64,000 nucleotides of DNA from contig JAUZTB010000063.1 in the NCBI GenBank assembly GCA_034780895.1, positions 15,059,485-15,123,484 of the forward strand. Reading direction: 5' to 3'. Both the position numbers and the translations under genes were made by a program. Within the stretch, counting starts at the first letter, position 1, and every line of letters begins with the position of its first letter. The notes below the pieces were generated by a model that did not search any database, was not told the DNA's origin, and worked only from the letters and a program-made list of their open reading frames with translations. Origin of the DNA: Rhynchobatus australiae. Taxonomy: Eukaryota. Shown piece after piece: positions 1 through 14,507 of this stretch.

Positions 1-689
1 GCAAAGGAGAGGTATCACAATTAATTTCAGTTCTTATTTCCTGCTGGCTCTTCCTCTGTGACTTGCTGGTACCTAACTGTTCTGGAAAAGTAAGGACTGA
101 GTTTATANNNNNNNNNNNNNNNNNNNNNNNNNNNNNNNNNNNNNNNNNNNNNNNNNNNNNNNNNNNNNNNNNNNNNNNNNNNNNNNNNNNNNNNNNNNNN
201 NNNNNNNTTTATAACTGCTTTTAAAATTGCCACATATATAATCTGGAGAAAACTGGATCAAATATACTGCTGGTACATTATATCTAGGCTCACCTGTGAG
301 CAGCCATCACCCATAAAATTGAATACTGGCAAAGAATCTTTCTAGAGTCTGACAAAATACGTCCTAGGTGAATATACCACTCGAATTTTCGTTTGTTGCT
401 AAGTTTTATGAATCTTGAAACCAGAAACATTTTGATGGTATATTTCAGATGGTAGCTGATTTATACATTTTCTTTTCTGATTCTGCTGTTATTTAATAGG
501 AGAAAAGTAAAAATCATACAAAGCAATTACTGTTGAACAATTGTAAACGTTATAGTAAAATCTATCCTTCTAAAAGAATGCATCAGAAATTGAGTTTAAA
601 TGGTTTAAATACGATGACTGGTTTAGTACACCAATTGGACATGCTTCTTTCCTTTGTTTTCAGATAAGATTTCCTTTCATTCTGGTTTC

Positions 690-1195
690 TTGCCATAATA
701 GGCTACTTGTTGCAACCTATTTGGCAACCAGATTACAGGAAAGAGGTGATTGCATGGGAGAAGGTGGCGATTGTTACTAAGAGTGGAATATTTTAACTAT
801 AAGGAAAGATTGGATAAGCTAGTGTTTGTTTTCTTTGGATCACAGTAAGCTGAGGGGAAACTTCATTGTGGTATATAAAATTGAAGGGCCTAGATAGAGT
901 AAGTAGCATTTACCAGTTTCCTTAAGCAGAGGGATCAGAAATCATTGGACATAGATTTAAAGTAATTGGTGAGGTGACATCTCAAACTCACTCTCTGAAA
1001 GGGTGGTGGAGGCAGAAATAGTCATTGAATAGATTCTTGAAGAGCCGTGACCTACAGCTTGTGCAAGAAGGCAAGGCAAAGAAAGATATGGTTATAATGT
1101 GGGCAATGGGATGGGCTTCAGGGTTAATGGAAAAAAGGTCAGCATGGATGTGGTGGGGAAAGAGCCCACTTCTGTGCTGTACAACCATGACTCTT
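690..1195 (+). mobile_element. Degraded CR1 LINE 3' fragment
   Basis: Matches the CR1 RT C-terminal/3' pattern (…ctgaggggaaacttcattgtggtatataaaatt…; ggacatagatttaaagtaattgg; ends …ttctgtgctgtacaaccatgactct), as in the better preserved CR1 copies in this window. Confidence 0.7.
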
Positions 1196-4100
1196 GGTGG
1201 GGTTAAGCTGGGTAGCTCCTTTTTCTCATTCTAGAAAGGAGGTGGTGGACTGAATGACCTTCCTCTATGTTAAAATATTTTTCAGTGATTCTTGATTCTC
1301 CTGTTATATTTTTAGTATAAAAGGATAATATGCATTACCCATTTCCATGACTTTGACCTTGACTGTTTGATTTATGACTTGAATTGCCTTAAATGACCAT
1401 CAGTTGACCTGAGTACAATGCATTATCATTCTGTTCATAAGGGATTGTAAATTTTTCACTGAGAAACATGAAGGCCCATAGTTTGGGGCACCACTTTTGT
1501 GCGGGTAAATAACAAAATCACACTTAAGTTTCATTGGTCTTAGTTTTTAAGATACCTACATCTCGTATTAAGGAATGACAGAAATTTAGATTTTGAGATC
1601 CTGGGAAAGAATCTCAGAGGACAGAGCTCATCTGTAACCTGGCAAAGAAGAGTTTAAAAGAAAATGATAATCCTTGATCAAACACAACCAGAGGTACAAG
1701 GAAGGAAAAAGGTTTTCATGATGGTGTATTTTCAGATTAGAAAGGAGAAATGGTAAGGATTTCAGCAGCATCAAATGAAGTAGGGGCACGAAATGACTTG
1801 GAGAAGCAGAAAAAGATGTTTAAGCTTCCCTGCTGTAAAGGTTTTAACAAATTGGGTTTTGTGAAGTGAGACATGGCAGTCAAAGTGTTTGGCAAGGAAG
1901 AAGAAAGCAATTTTTTTAGACTTAAGAATATGTTGTAAAGCACAATACATCATGGCATACAGCTGACTTTAGAGTTTATCTAGGATGGCTTATTCCTGTG
2001 ATAGAATTCCTCTGCTTACTGCCTTCAAGCACACAGTATTTTCTGAACTTTGCAGACAAGATTAAATTGATTTCTGATCATTTAGTACCAAGAAATCTAT
2101 TGTGTTCTCCAATTGGTATTGAACCTACAGTGTGAACAGTGGGTGGCCAGCAGTCTGATCAAGGAGGTTGTCATCTGAACCACAGTGTTGGATTAGTGCC
2201 TGAAATAGGTTGATGTAAACTTTTGTTTCAACTAAGATTATCAGGAGGCAGCTAGTTCATTCATTGCATTAGTGTACATTACCGGAAAGGATATCACAGA
2301 AAACTGGAGTTTTATGGTGTTGTGTAAAGAAAAATCTTTGTCAGGCAGAAAGAGCTAAGTTTTCTCATTTGTATTACTACCTAATGGGCAATGATATCAA
2401 CAAGTTTCAGCACAGTTCCTTCAAAGTTCACATTTTCTCAGTTTTCCATTGTTTTTAATATTCCTGGTTGTGTGCCACTAATTCTTGATTCCTGATGTGA
2501 AACATTACTTCAGCCAAATTAGTTGCTTCATGGACTTTTATCTTCACTTCATTAAGTTTGGCCGAGATCAAAATCTCTCTTTGTGATAAGCCTTTGAGAG
2601 GGTTTGTGTGTGTGTGTATTTGGTTAACTCTGGACCAAGCTTGACTGATATTACACAGCTGAACATCCATTTCTTCTGACCTTAGCTCAAATAAGGATGT
2701 ACACTTGGAACGTAGGGAAAGGATGCAGTTACCATTGCAATGCCATTATGAGTAGGTGCTTTCACAAAGATATAAATAGAGGAAAATAAAATAGGGATGG
2801 ACTGAAGTTGAAGTAGAATAAACACATCCACTAGTAATTCAGCCAGAATGTAGCTTCACATATGTATGAAAATAACATAAATTGGGCAGATATTCTCAAG
2901 AAGAATTTCAATTCACGAAATCAACAGGAAGCTGTCTCAGTCCATCTGTGCCCCTCTGGGTATATCTGAGTAGACTGGCTGGAGACTCCTGTAGTAATTC
3001 ATATTAGTACACCAAACCTATATTTGGAGATATTTCAACATGAGAAAAGCCCTCTTAGAATTGAACATAATATTGAGCATTTTCCTTGTATATTTAGCAG
3101 ATATGAATTGGTTAACTTCTTGAAGAGAAAATGGTACATTGCAGAGCTAGAAGCCTTCATTGGAGCAGAGTAGTGTCTTGCAATGTAGAAGTCTCCACAA
3201 ATTGCTGCTTGCCTGTTGATCATGCTCTGAGTTGAACTGGGTGATAGACAGGAGTGTGATTCTGATTAGCAACTCTGCTTGTGCCAAAATGAGAAGGCAA
3301 GGGAAATGAATCTGTACATTCTGTCATACTCGATATAGAACTGTAGACATTCTACCACCTCCACTCAGTGCCACTTGCTGTTCTACAAGGTTTTTGTACT
3401 CAGTGTGTGAGGTGGAGGGGGAAGAGGGGAAAGGAGTGTTTCCTTTGATAGTGAGGAATTCTGTAGGTGGCTGTGTTTGATGTTAATATGGTGCATTGCC
3501 GAGTCATCCTGGCTGCTGGAAGAGACTAACTCTGAGTGAAGTCAGGAATACTGATGTAGCAGTCATTGCTCGGCATTCTGCAGCATTACCACAGAGACTC
3601 CTCTCAATAAGATGATATTTTAGAAGCATACATATTTACTTGCGTCACAGTGTTGCTGTACAGTTAAGGTGATGCCATTAGCCCTTGACTTTCACAGTGT
3701 AATAAACCAGTGCAAGTATGTATCCTGTTTTGTTACTCTTAAGATAGGCAAATTTTAAAACTGTTTAATTGAGCATTCTGTTATTGACATAAACTTTCAG
3801 TACAAAGATCTGTGTTTGATCCCTGGTTTGTGCTAAATTAGCTAATCTCAAGAAGAATTTAGCATTAGCACTCCGAGGCAGTACAAGTTATTAGGGTAGT
3901 GGGGAAATCGGCCAGAGTCCCTGAGGTCTAATCTGTAAACTAAAATGACCATTGTGCCAGTGAATTACAGTTGAAGATGAGATTAGGTTTTGTTCTACTG
4001 CTATGCAAATTTGAATAGCATATTGCCATTTTGGTAAATGGCCAAGAGCTGTAGATACCCATGTTAGGTGTTTCCAGAATCAGCACCAAAAGGAAGAAGA

Positions 4101-5879
4101 TAGCAGGTTTGTTTTGAAAGTGCCAAAGTTGCCTCTTGTGCCCACAAATGTGCATTAGATGCCTTGGAAAAGTGCCCAGCTGTACGGATGGGAGGAGCAG
4201 TTGGAAATGTTTTGAAAATGTTGAGCTGAAATGTACTTATGTTCTTTACAGTTGATAAATGAATTTGTGATTTGTTTGAAAACTTGAAGGTTTAATTATG
4301 ATTGCTATTTGTAGTCTTGCTGTTTAAAATATATGAAATAGATGGCAGTAAGTTACAAGGCAGTAATTAAATTAAACTGCTCCAGTCTTGTCAAACAAAA
4401 AGATTTGTCCAGATTCTTTATGGCTCTGTTTCACTGGAAATTCATCCTTCCTTTCCATAACATTTGTTTGTTTGCTTCCCCACAATTGCTATTTTTGACC
4501 TATTTTCATAAGGACCAGGGAATCAAAAGTTACCACTCTTCTTGTGCAAGCCACTTCAGCGTGGCAGATTTCCATTTAATTGTAATCAATGGGCAAAGAA
4601 ATGCTGAATTCCACAATAATGAGTGGGGAATTTTAGCGCAATATTGTCCTCAACTGCTTTCTCACATGTCTGAATTTTGCAAGTGTTTAGGGACATCTTG
4701 ATTTATATGAATGAATTACTTGGTTGGCCTTCTGGAGTAAGAATCCTGGCTGATTAACCAATCTTCTAGTCAACACCACATGAGCTGCCAAATGATACTT
4801 AATTAAGTAAGGTTAAGATGTATAAAGTTTCTTCAAGGTTATTAACATGGAAAATGTTGATACAGAATAGGAGAGGGGAGAAAATAAGTTAAGGAAAAAC
4901 AATTTGAAGGCAGATATAGTGTAACAGGATTTAAGAATCCATTAAAATAAAAGAGATGGATAAGAGGGGTAGTGAATTGGTGTCCAAAAAGCAAAGAATC
5001 CCTAAAACAATGGCTTCAGTAGCCATAGGGTGATTTGATATCAAGGGTTTGGAATCTTATGGGTCCTTTGGATTGATCAGATGAGGTAATGAAACTTGTA
5101 GGATTTTGCAGAAGTCAAGGAATTGGATTTACATGGTGGCTTTTTTAGTTCACTACATAACTTTGGCCTTAATGTTATTTGTATAATATGTAGTAAAGTC
5201 ATTGTCCGCATTGAATGCTTCAGTAAACTTGTCAAATTAGCTTTATTTGCAAAGCATTTGTGTTAGAAAGACCTCTCAGTCTTCATTTAACTCATTTCTG
5301 AAATGTAATTAAATTATTTGCAATTTAGATGTGTGAAATAAATTTTAATGACTTAAGTTTTATTCAGTAATACTGCTGAAACTTCAGAGCACACTTTGAT
5401 TTGTTCTTCATTACTTTGAGTAATTTTCAATGCATTTGTTACAAATTGCCTTCTTTGTTTCTCAAGTATGGGGTCTGCTTAAACTCTGCCTGTAATCTAA
5501 TGGTATATTGTTTGAAATAGTATATTAAATGTTTATTTTCTATCTGGAATCGGAAATGACGCGATAATGTTTCCTAAATTGCTGGAGGCAAAATATTGTT
5601 TGTAGTTCTTGCTTGACAGTCATCTGTTTATAAAATCAATGCATTTTGTATCATTTCATTGTGACTTGAAATCACTTGAAGTCACCTTTACTTTCCCTAT
5701 TCCCAAACTGTCAGCAACACCACCACCACCCCTCCCTTTCTTGCTGCCAACCTCCAGTAGCATTCAATTCACCTCAAATATTGAAATGATCAATATCTCA
5801 GGATTTCACAGAGAAGGCATGTGAACTAATTGACTCAATCGGTAGAAGAACAGGACCTGATCTTAAATCTGTACACTCT

Positions 5880-6760
5880 TGTTTTTAGCACCTCCCTTCC
5901 CTGGGAAAAAGACTATGTGCATTCACCCTGTGTATGCCCCTTATGATCTTATCCTCTATCAGGTCCACCTCAATCTCCTACATTCCAGGGAATAAGTCTG
6001 CATAACCTCTCTTTATAACTCAGGCCCCCAAGTCCATGCAACATCCTGGTAAATCTTTTCTGCACTCTTCCCTGTTTAATAACTTCTTTCCTATAACAGG
6101 GTGACCAAAACTGTACACACTACTCCAAGCGGGGCTTCACCAATATCTTGTATAACTGTAACATAACTTCCCAACTTCTATACTCAATGCCCTGACTGAT
6201 GAAGGCTGGCGTGCCGGACACCTTCTTCACCACCTCATCTACCTGTGATGGTGCTTTCAATGAACTATGCACTTGCATTCCTCAGTCCCTCTGTTCCATA
6301 ACACTCCCCAGGGCCTTACCATTCATTGTGTAAGTCCTACCCTGGGTTGATCTTCCAAAAGGCAATACCTCACATTTATCTGGATTGAAAGCCATTTGCC
6401 ATTCCCCAGCCCATACATCCAGCTGATCAAGATCCCCCTGTAAATCTTTGTGAACTTGTACACTGTGTACAGCACCACCTATTTTAGTATCATCTGCAAA
6501 CTTACTAACCATGCCTTGTACATTCACGTCCAAATCGTTTATATAAAGTACATAAAACAAAGGTACCAGCACCGACCCCTGTGGCACACCACTAGACACA
6601 GGCCTCCANNNNNNNNNNNNNNNNNNNNNNNNNNNNNNNNNNNNNNNACCACTAAGTCCTTTATGAATCCATTCTGCTATCTCTCCCTGGATCCCATGTG
6701 ATCTAAACTTACAGACTAACTTGCCATAAAGGACCTTGTCAAAGGCCATGCTTATCACAT
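5880..6760 (-). mobile_element. CR1 LINE reverse transcriptase fragment
   Basis: ORF 6282-6758: AFDKV…SGVPQGSVLVPLFYVLYINDLD…VSKFADDTKIGG…LQGDLDQL…WQMAFNPDKCEV, canonical CR1 RT motifs; homology continues toward the 3' end. Confidence 0.95.
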
Positions 6761-7169
6761 AGAAAAGGCTTTGGTGAGGCAGTGGTGGAGGGATGCTGTC
6801 AGAACGCGAGTCACTCCTTGCTGATGTCTGTGTAAATCAAAAAGTTAATTACTTGTTATCTGCTGTTGTCTGAATGACTGTGGGGATGAGCTAATGTATT
6901 TTCTGAGAAGTTCCATTTGGGTTTGAAATTGTATAATCAATGAGAAGCATCCCTACCTTGGACCTTTTTGTGGTGAAGTGGCTGAAGGGCCCAGGACACT
7001 GGGGAATTCTTGTTATGAACTCCAGGGACTGCGATGATCAGCCTACAGCAAACATAACGATGTTTCTTCATGTGAATTCAAGGAGAAACTTTCCATCCAA
7101 TGGAGAGTTTACCTTTGACTTTGGTTTTTCTAGGTCTCCTTCACACCTTTGTGACTCCCTAGTTCAATT

Positions 7170-7465
7170 TGTCATCCCCACCAACAATCCCCCCTTCTAC
7201 AGTACTTTCCCATGCAACCACAACAGATACAATGCTTATCCTTTCATCTTCCCAGGGATTCAGTCTTTCGAGCTGAAGCAGCATTTCACTTGCACTTCCA
7301 AACTGGTATACTGCACCCTCTGTAGTATTCTCTTTGTCCCAGCTGACAAAGAGTCTGTGATCTGAAATATTAACTCTGTTTCTCTTTCCACAGATGCTGC
7401 TTGACCTGCTGTGTGCTTTCAACAATTTTCTGATTTTATTTCAGATTTCTAGCATCTGCGGTTTC
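7170..7465 (+). mobile_element. Penelope-like element fragment (Cys linker/GIY-YIG start plus 3' tail)
   Basis: Encodes STFPCNHNRYNAYPF…QSFELKQHFTCTSKLVYC, similar to 16320-16440; followed by the tail motif tccacagatgctgc..gacctgctg…tttcagatttctagcatctgc. Confidence 0.75.
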
Positions 7466-8131
7466 TCAATTCTCAGTTGCTGCTAAGTTCTTGCCTGCCA
7501 TCGAGCTGGAAATGTGATAGATCTAACCCATAGTTCCAAAAGCTTGAATAATGGGCCACAGTCTGATACCTCACCAGGCAGTGCTCACCCTGTATCGATC
7601 ACCATTGAAGGTAAATGTTCTGAATACTCTGTAGCTCCTTTTAATCACAATGCTGGCTTCAGATCATAGAATATTGTTCATTAAATCCATATCATATAAA
7701 CCTTGCTTCAGTTTAAATCTCCAGGCTGCCTTTCTTGTTTGTTGATTGCTCCTTTGCCACAGAGATCAAATTGCAAAGTCATGGTTAACATGATAAAGTT
7801 ATCTGCGCTCCATTACATGTTATTTTTAGTAAATGTTTTTAAGCTTGGATGTTTCATCAATTAAAAATACCCCTAGACTGTGTGGATCATCATTGTCAAG
7901 GAATGAGACTTAAATATGGCAAAGCCATAAATGTTTTCTCCAGTCCTGTTATCTTCAAGTTGTTTGTGGGGTCATTTAGATTTTATTCAATATCATAAAA
8001 CATATTATTGTGGTGGTGGGGCGGGGGGTTCNNNNNNNNNNNNNNNNNNNNNNNNNNNNNNNNNNNNNNNNNNNNNNNNNNNNNNNNNNNNNNNNNNNNN
8101 NNNNNNNNNNNNNNNNNNNNNNNNNNNNNNN

Positions 8132-8275
8132 CTGTAGTATTCTCTGTGTCCCAGCTGACAAAGAGTCTGTGATCTGAAATATTAACTCTGTTTCTCTTTC
8201 CACAGATGATGCCTGACCTGCTGAGTGTTTCCATCATTTTCTGTTCTTGTTTCAGACTTCTAGTATCTGCAGATT
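8132..8275 (+). mobile_element. Penelope-derived 3' tail copy
   Basis: First ~75 nt nearly identical to 7320-7395, then the same tail motif. Confidence 0.75.
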
Positions 8276-9289
8276 TGTATTGATGTTTCTCCCAGGAATA
8301 TATCTTAACTTTTATACCACTATTCCATAATGTCTGATGTGTTTCCCACTTGTGGAACAGGATGCCCTCATGGATCATGATCATAAAAATCATCTTCTGA
8401 TTGCCATTGCTAAATGCGCTCAATTGTATCAGTTTATGGTAGTCCTTCCCATTCATTTCCATTAAAATCAACAGAGTTAGATATAGGGAGGTGGTGTTAG
8501 CTGGCAGTTGATACATGGCTATTTAGCATTGGTGACAAAATACAAACCTCTGCTTAATTGGTGAATTTGTGCAAAATAGTCAATTTTAGAAGATGTTAGA
8601 GGGGGTGACAACTGAAAAAGCAGTGCACTTGAGAAAGGTTTGCCAAGAAGATTGACGAAAGGAGCAACTTTTTTTTTCTTTGCAATGGTTGAGTAAGAGA
8701 GCAATTTTTAAAAGTAGTCTTTTACTGTACCTGCAACTTGAGTAAATTGGGGTTNNNNNNNNNNNNNNNNNNNNNNNNNNNNNNNNNNNNNNNNNAGTAT
8801 AACATTATCCAGACAAACCTGTCAAATGACAAATGATAGGTTTTGTCCTACTTAATAAATTGCATACAACACTGAACTATATTCATCGGAACAACTTGGA
8901 TCTTTAGCTATTATCTGTCATCCATAACTGCATTTGGTTTTCTACCAAGTAGTTGTCACAAATTACGAGGTTTAAAAATTTCAGTCATTCAAACACACCA
9001 GTGAAGGATGTTGTATAATCTAATGTTCATAACAGCATTATTTTAAACCTTCAGTGATAAAGTAAAACACTTATTTTTATGTATAAAGTATATATTTTAG
9101 CTTCTGAATGCATTCTGTTCAAGCCTGTCTTCTAACATGTTTGAATTGATTGATCTGGCATATAGACACAAGAACAAACATTTATTAATATAACATCTAA
9201 GTTCTTTTGTACTTTGTATATCAGTTCACAGCCAATGATTTACTTTTGTGGTTCTACTAAATAATGTTAAGTTCATTTGTTCTGATAGT

Positions 9290-9482
9290 TGTGGGGTTAA
9301 ATGTTGGTTCAGGCACTAGACATGAACTTTTTTCCTGTCCAAATGAATAGACTTGTAATCCCTCATCAAAAGTCAGTATTCTGAACAGTGTTGCAAACAG
9401 TCAGTGCAGCAGTTGGTTAAATGCTTAGGTCCTGTAATAAAGCATGAATCCACCACCTTCTGAATCATAGACTAAAAGCTCA
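9290..9482 (-). mobile_element. Old SINE remnant, Deu-domain/SacSINE-like
   Basis: Reverse complement resembles the head and body of the 26510-26875 copy (…tctatgattcagaaggtggtggattca…). Confidence 0.35.
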
Positions 9483-11619
9483 GCAGTAATGGTACAAAGA
9501 ATGAGATGTGCTAATCTAATACTTTATATTGTCTTGTTTTAACTAAAGGCTTGAGAATGAAAATGAGTAATGATGGGAGTAGGGAAAGGTTATTAGCTCG
9601 AGAGTTCAATATAATGGCACCAAGTTAGAAAGACTGGTCCATTTGGTCCTATTCAATGTCAATTGCATTGGAGAAAGTTTGGTCTCAAAATTTTTTACAG
9701 TTAAAATATTGCTATAATTTACTGGACTGTATATATGTAGAATTAATGCATATTGATGAATTTAGACTCTTATATGTGGTGACCATTGGAGTACTATTGG
9801 AAAAAATGGAAAAATTCTGTCTGCCTTCACCGAGCTGCTCAAACTGCCAGCTTAAAACTGCTGAACTTTCTAGAAAAGGAAATTCAAACTTTCAAGTTAT
9901 TGACCATGTGATGTTTAAAGAAAAAATGGTTTGTCAGTTTTTGGATTCAGTTGCAAATGCTGATAATTGTGTGCTTTGAAAGAGAAAGCAGGTTTTTAGA
10001 AACTCACTGAATTGCTGAATTAATAAAAAAAAATGTTTTTTTGCAAGGAGGCAACTGTGGATAAAGTTAGGATGCATTGGCGCAATATTACAGAATACTT
10101 CCCTGTATTTTATGGAAATGATGAATAAATATCATTTCTTACCCATTTCAGTATAGGGTCATGATTTAGTGGACATCCTGCTTCTCTACTTTGTGAGTAC
10201 TCCCAAGTCTTGCAGATTCCTGGGAGGGAACAGAAATAATGGGTAAACATGTAGAAAGGTGTACTGGACTGGCAGAAAAAAAATGCCAGAATTGCAGGGC
10301 AAGATTAGATGCCTTCTGGCTAAGTAATGGTCAGGATATAATAAGAGTCTGAAATGAAAGCTTGACAGTTCTGATTGTGAAAAATAATGCTTTTAATTTG
10401 GTGGAATATAAATAACATTTGCATTAGTGCCATTAGACCTGGTCATAAAGCTTCTCTTTTTATTATAAGAACCTGATGAGAAAGAATATTCGTGTGGTTT
10501 CACAACATGCCATGCAGCTGTCCCTTACAAGGTAAATACTGCATCGGGAAAGTCACTCTGTATATTGCAGTTCAGACATTGAGCTGACTTGGATTTGCAA
10601 TTTGCCTGAGTGTACTTAAGTGAAAGCAAAGACACATCCTTCTACATGGAAATCATTCATTGCTGTTCCACAGAACTCATGAGAACAGATAGAAAGACTC
10701 CTTTTCCTATTAATGCTAGCAATGCAGCTCTTTGTCATCAAAAGTAGTTAAAAATATTTCCATTTCAGAGGTTGTAAAGTCTTCAGTCCTGTTATCACAG
10801 CGTCTTATTCAGATCAGTGATGTTGGCACACTGTCTCTATTCAATGGGTCTCAGTAAATTTGGACAAGCTATTATTTGTCTGAGGGATAGGACAGAGCTG
10901 ATGGTCTTTGTTTGTACAATGAGTATTGCATTTCTTCGTGCAATATAATTTATGCAATCAGCTATTTTGACTCTCTCCTTATCCTGTCTCTATGTTCTCC
11001 ATCCTGAATGTCAACATGCCAGTTCAGATGGAGTTGCATTTTATAGAATGTTGTGCCTTTATTAATGTAAATAAAATTCTCTTGGTATATACTATCCAAC
11101 AGCAACTAAATGCTTTTCTTCAAATTACTTTCATTTAGTCCTCCTTTCTATGTAGCTTTTTTTCTTTTGCTAGGGGTAAGGAGGAGATATGTAGGATGCA
11201 CAAAGTAATTAGTTAAAATGAAGGTGCCTAAATTTGCAATCATACCTACTAATTATAATGCCTAAGCAATTTAAATATTATCTTTGATTCCTCCTCTACT
11301 TTTCCCTTTCCAAATCTGAAGATGCTTTGTTAAGGTGTCTCTCATGAAGCACCAGCAATTCTTTATTGCCCTATTCAGGTAGGCATGAGTGGCCAGTATG
11401 TAAGCTAGCTCATACTCTCCAGGGTATTGTACTTGTTTAACTAAATCCCAATCATGAGACCTTGGTATACTTCCCTCCTTCTCTTTCCCACCCACTCCAT
11501 GCCAATCCCCTCATCTTCTTTCTCTTAAACCATGACATCACCTGAACTGAGATCCACTAACACTACACAGACCAAGGATTGAACTTTGATCTTATAGTCA
11601 TCGTGTGCCATTTTCAGAG

Positions 11620-11960
11620 GGGATGAATATTTAAGGCAGTGAAAAAAGTGTAGATCAAGTGATGTGCTTTGCTCTTGATGTTCAAATTTCTTGAGTGTTG
11701 TTGGAGCTGTATTCATCCATGCAAAGGCAGAGTATTCCATCAGGCTCCTGACGTGCCTTATAAATTGTGGAAAGATGTTCTGGTGTTTGGAATCGCTTGC
11801 TACAGGATGCTAAATATTTATGTGGCTGATCCAGTGAATTTCTAGTCATGAGTGATCCTGCCTCCCACCCTTGGGATATTATTGGTGATGGCAGTCTCGA
11901 TGATAGGTGATTGGCAATGTCACTGCAGAGCACTTGTGTGACGTGAATGTTAACAGGTAA
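11620..11960 (-). mobile_element. L2/CR1-group LINE RT C-terminal fragment
   Basis: Frameshifted translation …TPEHLSTIYKARQ/MEYSAFAWMNTAPTTLKK, resembling the 'YKAQVRSxMEYSPLAWxxAAPTTLKKLD' region of L2-group RTs. Confidence 0.65.
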
Positions 11961-13964
11961 ATACAGGAAAGCAAATTTCATTTTCAAGTTTGTCAATTTT
12001 AAGTTTGCCCCATTTCAGAGTTCCCGTTGGTCAGAGCAAATTTTTAATGGAAAGTGATTTCTGTTGTCTGCACTCATCTAACACAACATATAGCAACTTT
12101 CGTTCTGCCAGGAAACAAATGTTGTCTTGGAAGGAACTATAAAAGCATATTGGAGTCAAAACCCTGTAGGAAAAAGTGCAGGTTTGTAGGGAGGAATGAG
12201 TCCCTGTTCACGTCACAGCTGTGTTTCATTGCCTTCAGGCTGAAGTGCCTAAGGTTGGATACCATGCAATTCTTTAAGGAAATTTAACCAATTGAAGGCT
12301 GCTGACTATTTCTGAAGAGCAGTTTCATCATTCTGGAGTAAAGAGGAGAGTTGGAGATCTGATAAGGAAATGAGTATTGATGACACACATTGATGGCTGG
12401 AAACTATGACTTACTGTGTTTTTCTATTCTGAGGAAGGGAACATTTTCCATTTCAAGTTCACAACCTTGGGCAAGGTTGGAAATTTATAATATATGTTTA
12501 TTCTCCCTTGCCTCTTAGCAGAGTAAAACAAATTCCCACTAAATGTAATTGGTTTGGAACCAATTGACAATTTTTTAAATGATCTCTGTTAATTGCTTTT
12601 GAAAAACCAGATTGAATTTTTTTTTAAATAACGTAGTTTGATTTTGTTTTTTTTGAGGGAATCAGTGGAAATGTTTAATGTTACTCAAAAAAAAAGGATC
12701 AAGAAATGTTGTGTGATAATGAAATAATCATGTTGAAGCAATAGATAGAATAGCCCCTGTTTTTATTAAATTGTATTCTCAGGTACCCAATAGTAACATA
12801 TGTGGCCTTAGCACTGTTAGATGCAGAGTAAAGTTTCCTTAACCTTTAGGCCAGACGTTAAGGCAAACATCTCACTAATCCAACCATCTTCTGATTTCAA
12901 AGCAACTTCTGATGATCTGAGGAGAGATTCTCAGTTCATGCACATTTGAGGCAGGTTTGTGTTGTAGACTTGAGTTGGATTGTGATAGCTTGCCCAATTC
13001 TGGCTAAAAGCCAGAAGATATGATATTCCTATCAACATGGACTGGATTTGAATTTAAGCCCTGGAGTGAAGGGTAATGCCTGCTAAGTTGCATTTCCTAT
13101 ATCCTGTTGTTTTCAGATTTATCTCTGGATGTTAAAGGGAAAAGAACAGACTTGTAGCATGGTTCAGTCCAGCACCATGGTATAAATAGGCGTCCCAGCA
13201 CTGAGTCTTTATTGATAATCTGTATATTAGTGTGTGGTGTTGAATACTCTTAAATTGCCTCAATAAAATCTGGACAGCAAAGATACTTGATTAGAATCAG
13301 ACATGAAGTTTGAAATTGCTTTCATTTTAACAGAATTTCTGTGCCACTATATTGGAATTGCTGATTTGTAGTAAATATCTCATCTATATAATTTCTGGAG
13401 CTTTCGCCTGTATTTGAGTCTATTGAAAAGCAATAACTTTCTGAGTAATGCATTTGCCATTTTGTGGAACTGTCAGTTACATTGAATGGAGGGAGCTTTG
13501 CTGTTATCAAATCAGACATTACAACAAATTTTATCGTATGACTAAATTTTTGGCAAAAATGTTAAAGACAGTTGAGCAAACTGTAAAATTAATGATGGGG
13601 ACTATTCTGCAGTTGTTTAAAAACTCATGGGCATTGCAGTTCTCAAGGCAAGCAATGGGTTTGATTTATTTATGCCTGAGATGTGAATGGCAAATGCTAT
13701 TTCTCTTTTATTCATTTTGCTCACAAATACTTGGTATATCCAGCCCTCTGAAATTTCATTCAAGGGACCATTCCTCAAATGATTTGGGGTGCTGAGTGTC
13801 AACTATTGGTCAACTTGATAGGAAATTGATGTTAAATTTGACCTTGAGCATAATCGAATCATGCATTTTCTGGTTGAATCGATTTAATTGTTATGAAGAC
13901 AAATCCTGCATGATTAGTTTTCTCTTTTCTGCTTCTTCCTCATATGAGTAACAAAAAGCAGAAA

Positions 13965-14240
13965 GCTTCCATATCCGTAGTTATCGTTGCTTAAGGTCAG
14001 GATAGTGTATAACAGGAATTTGCATGTGATAGTATTCCCATATATCTGTTGTTCTTGTCTTCCCTGTTGCAGGTTTGGAAGGTGCTATTGGAAATAACAG
14101 CTGTATATTTTGTAGATGGTACATACTGCAGCCAGGGTATGATGATAGTCAATGGAATGAAAGGTCAAGTTGGTGAATGGTGTACCAATCAAGTGGGCTG
14201 CTTTATCCTTGAAGGAATTGACCTTCTTGAGACTATCCTG
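13965..14240 (-). mobile_element. L2-group LINE 3' fragment
   Basis: Same family as 11620-11960 and 53090-53470 (gtagatggtacatactgcagcc; caatcaagtgggctgctttatcc). Confidence 0.55.
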
Positions 14241-14507
14241 TAGTTCTCAAGACTTATTGAGGCTATTGAGCTGCTTAGGAGTGATAAATTCAGAACTATA
14301 AGAGTTGGTGATAAAATTATGTCCCACAGTTCAATGAACCAATCTGCTGATACACCAGTTGGCTGGCTCCAAATCAAAAAATGTCCTTTGCTTCGAACTT
14401 AATCCTGAAAATGTCCTAGAAGTTAGATGAAGTAGAACATTTTTTTCCTCATGCTACGTAAATAAAAATCAATTCTTCCCCTAGTAAACTATGATAACTA
14501 TTTCCAG

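Noticed and set aside
1740-1830. Myb/SANT-like peptide ISAASNEVGARNDLEKQKKMF
   Set aside because: Too short and divergent to call
10470-10531. CTGATGAG motif and possible 62-nt exon
   Set aside because: No stem II plus GAAA for a hammerhead; weak AAG acceptor and unrecognised peptide
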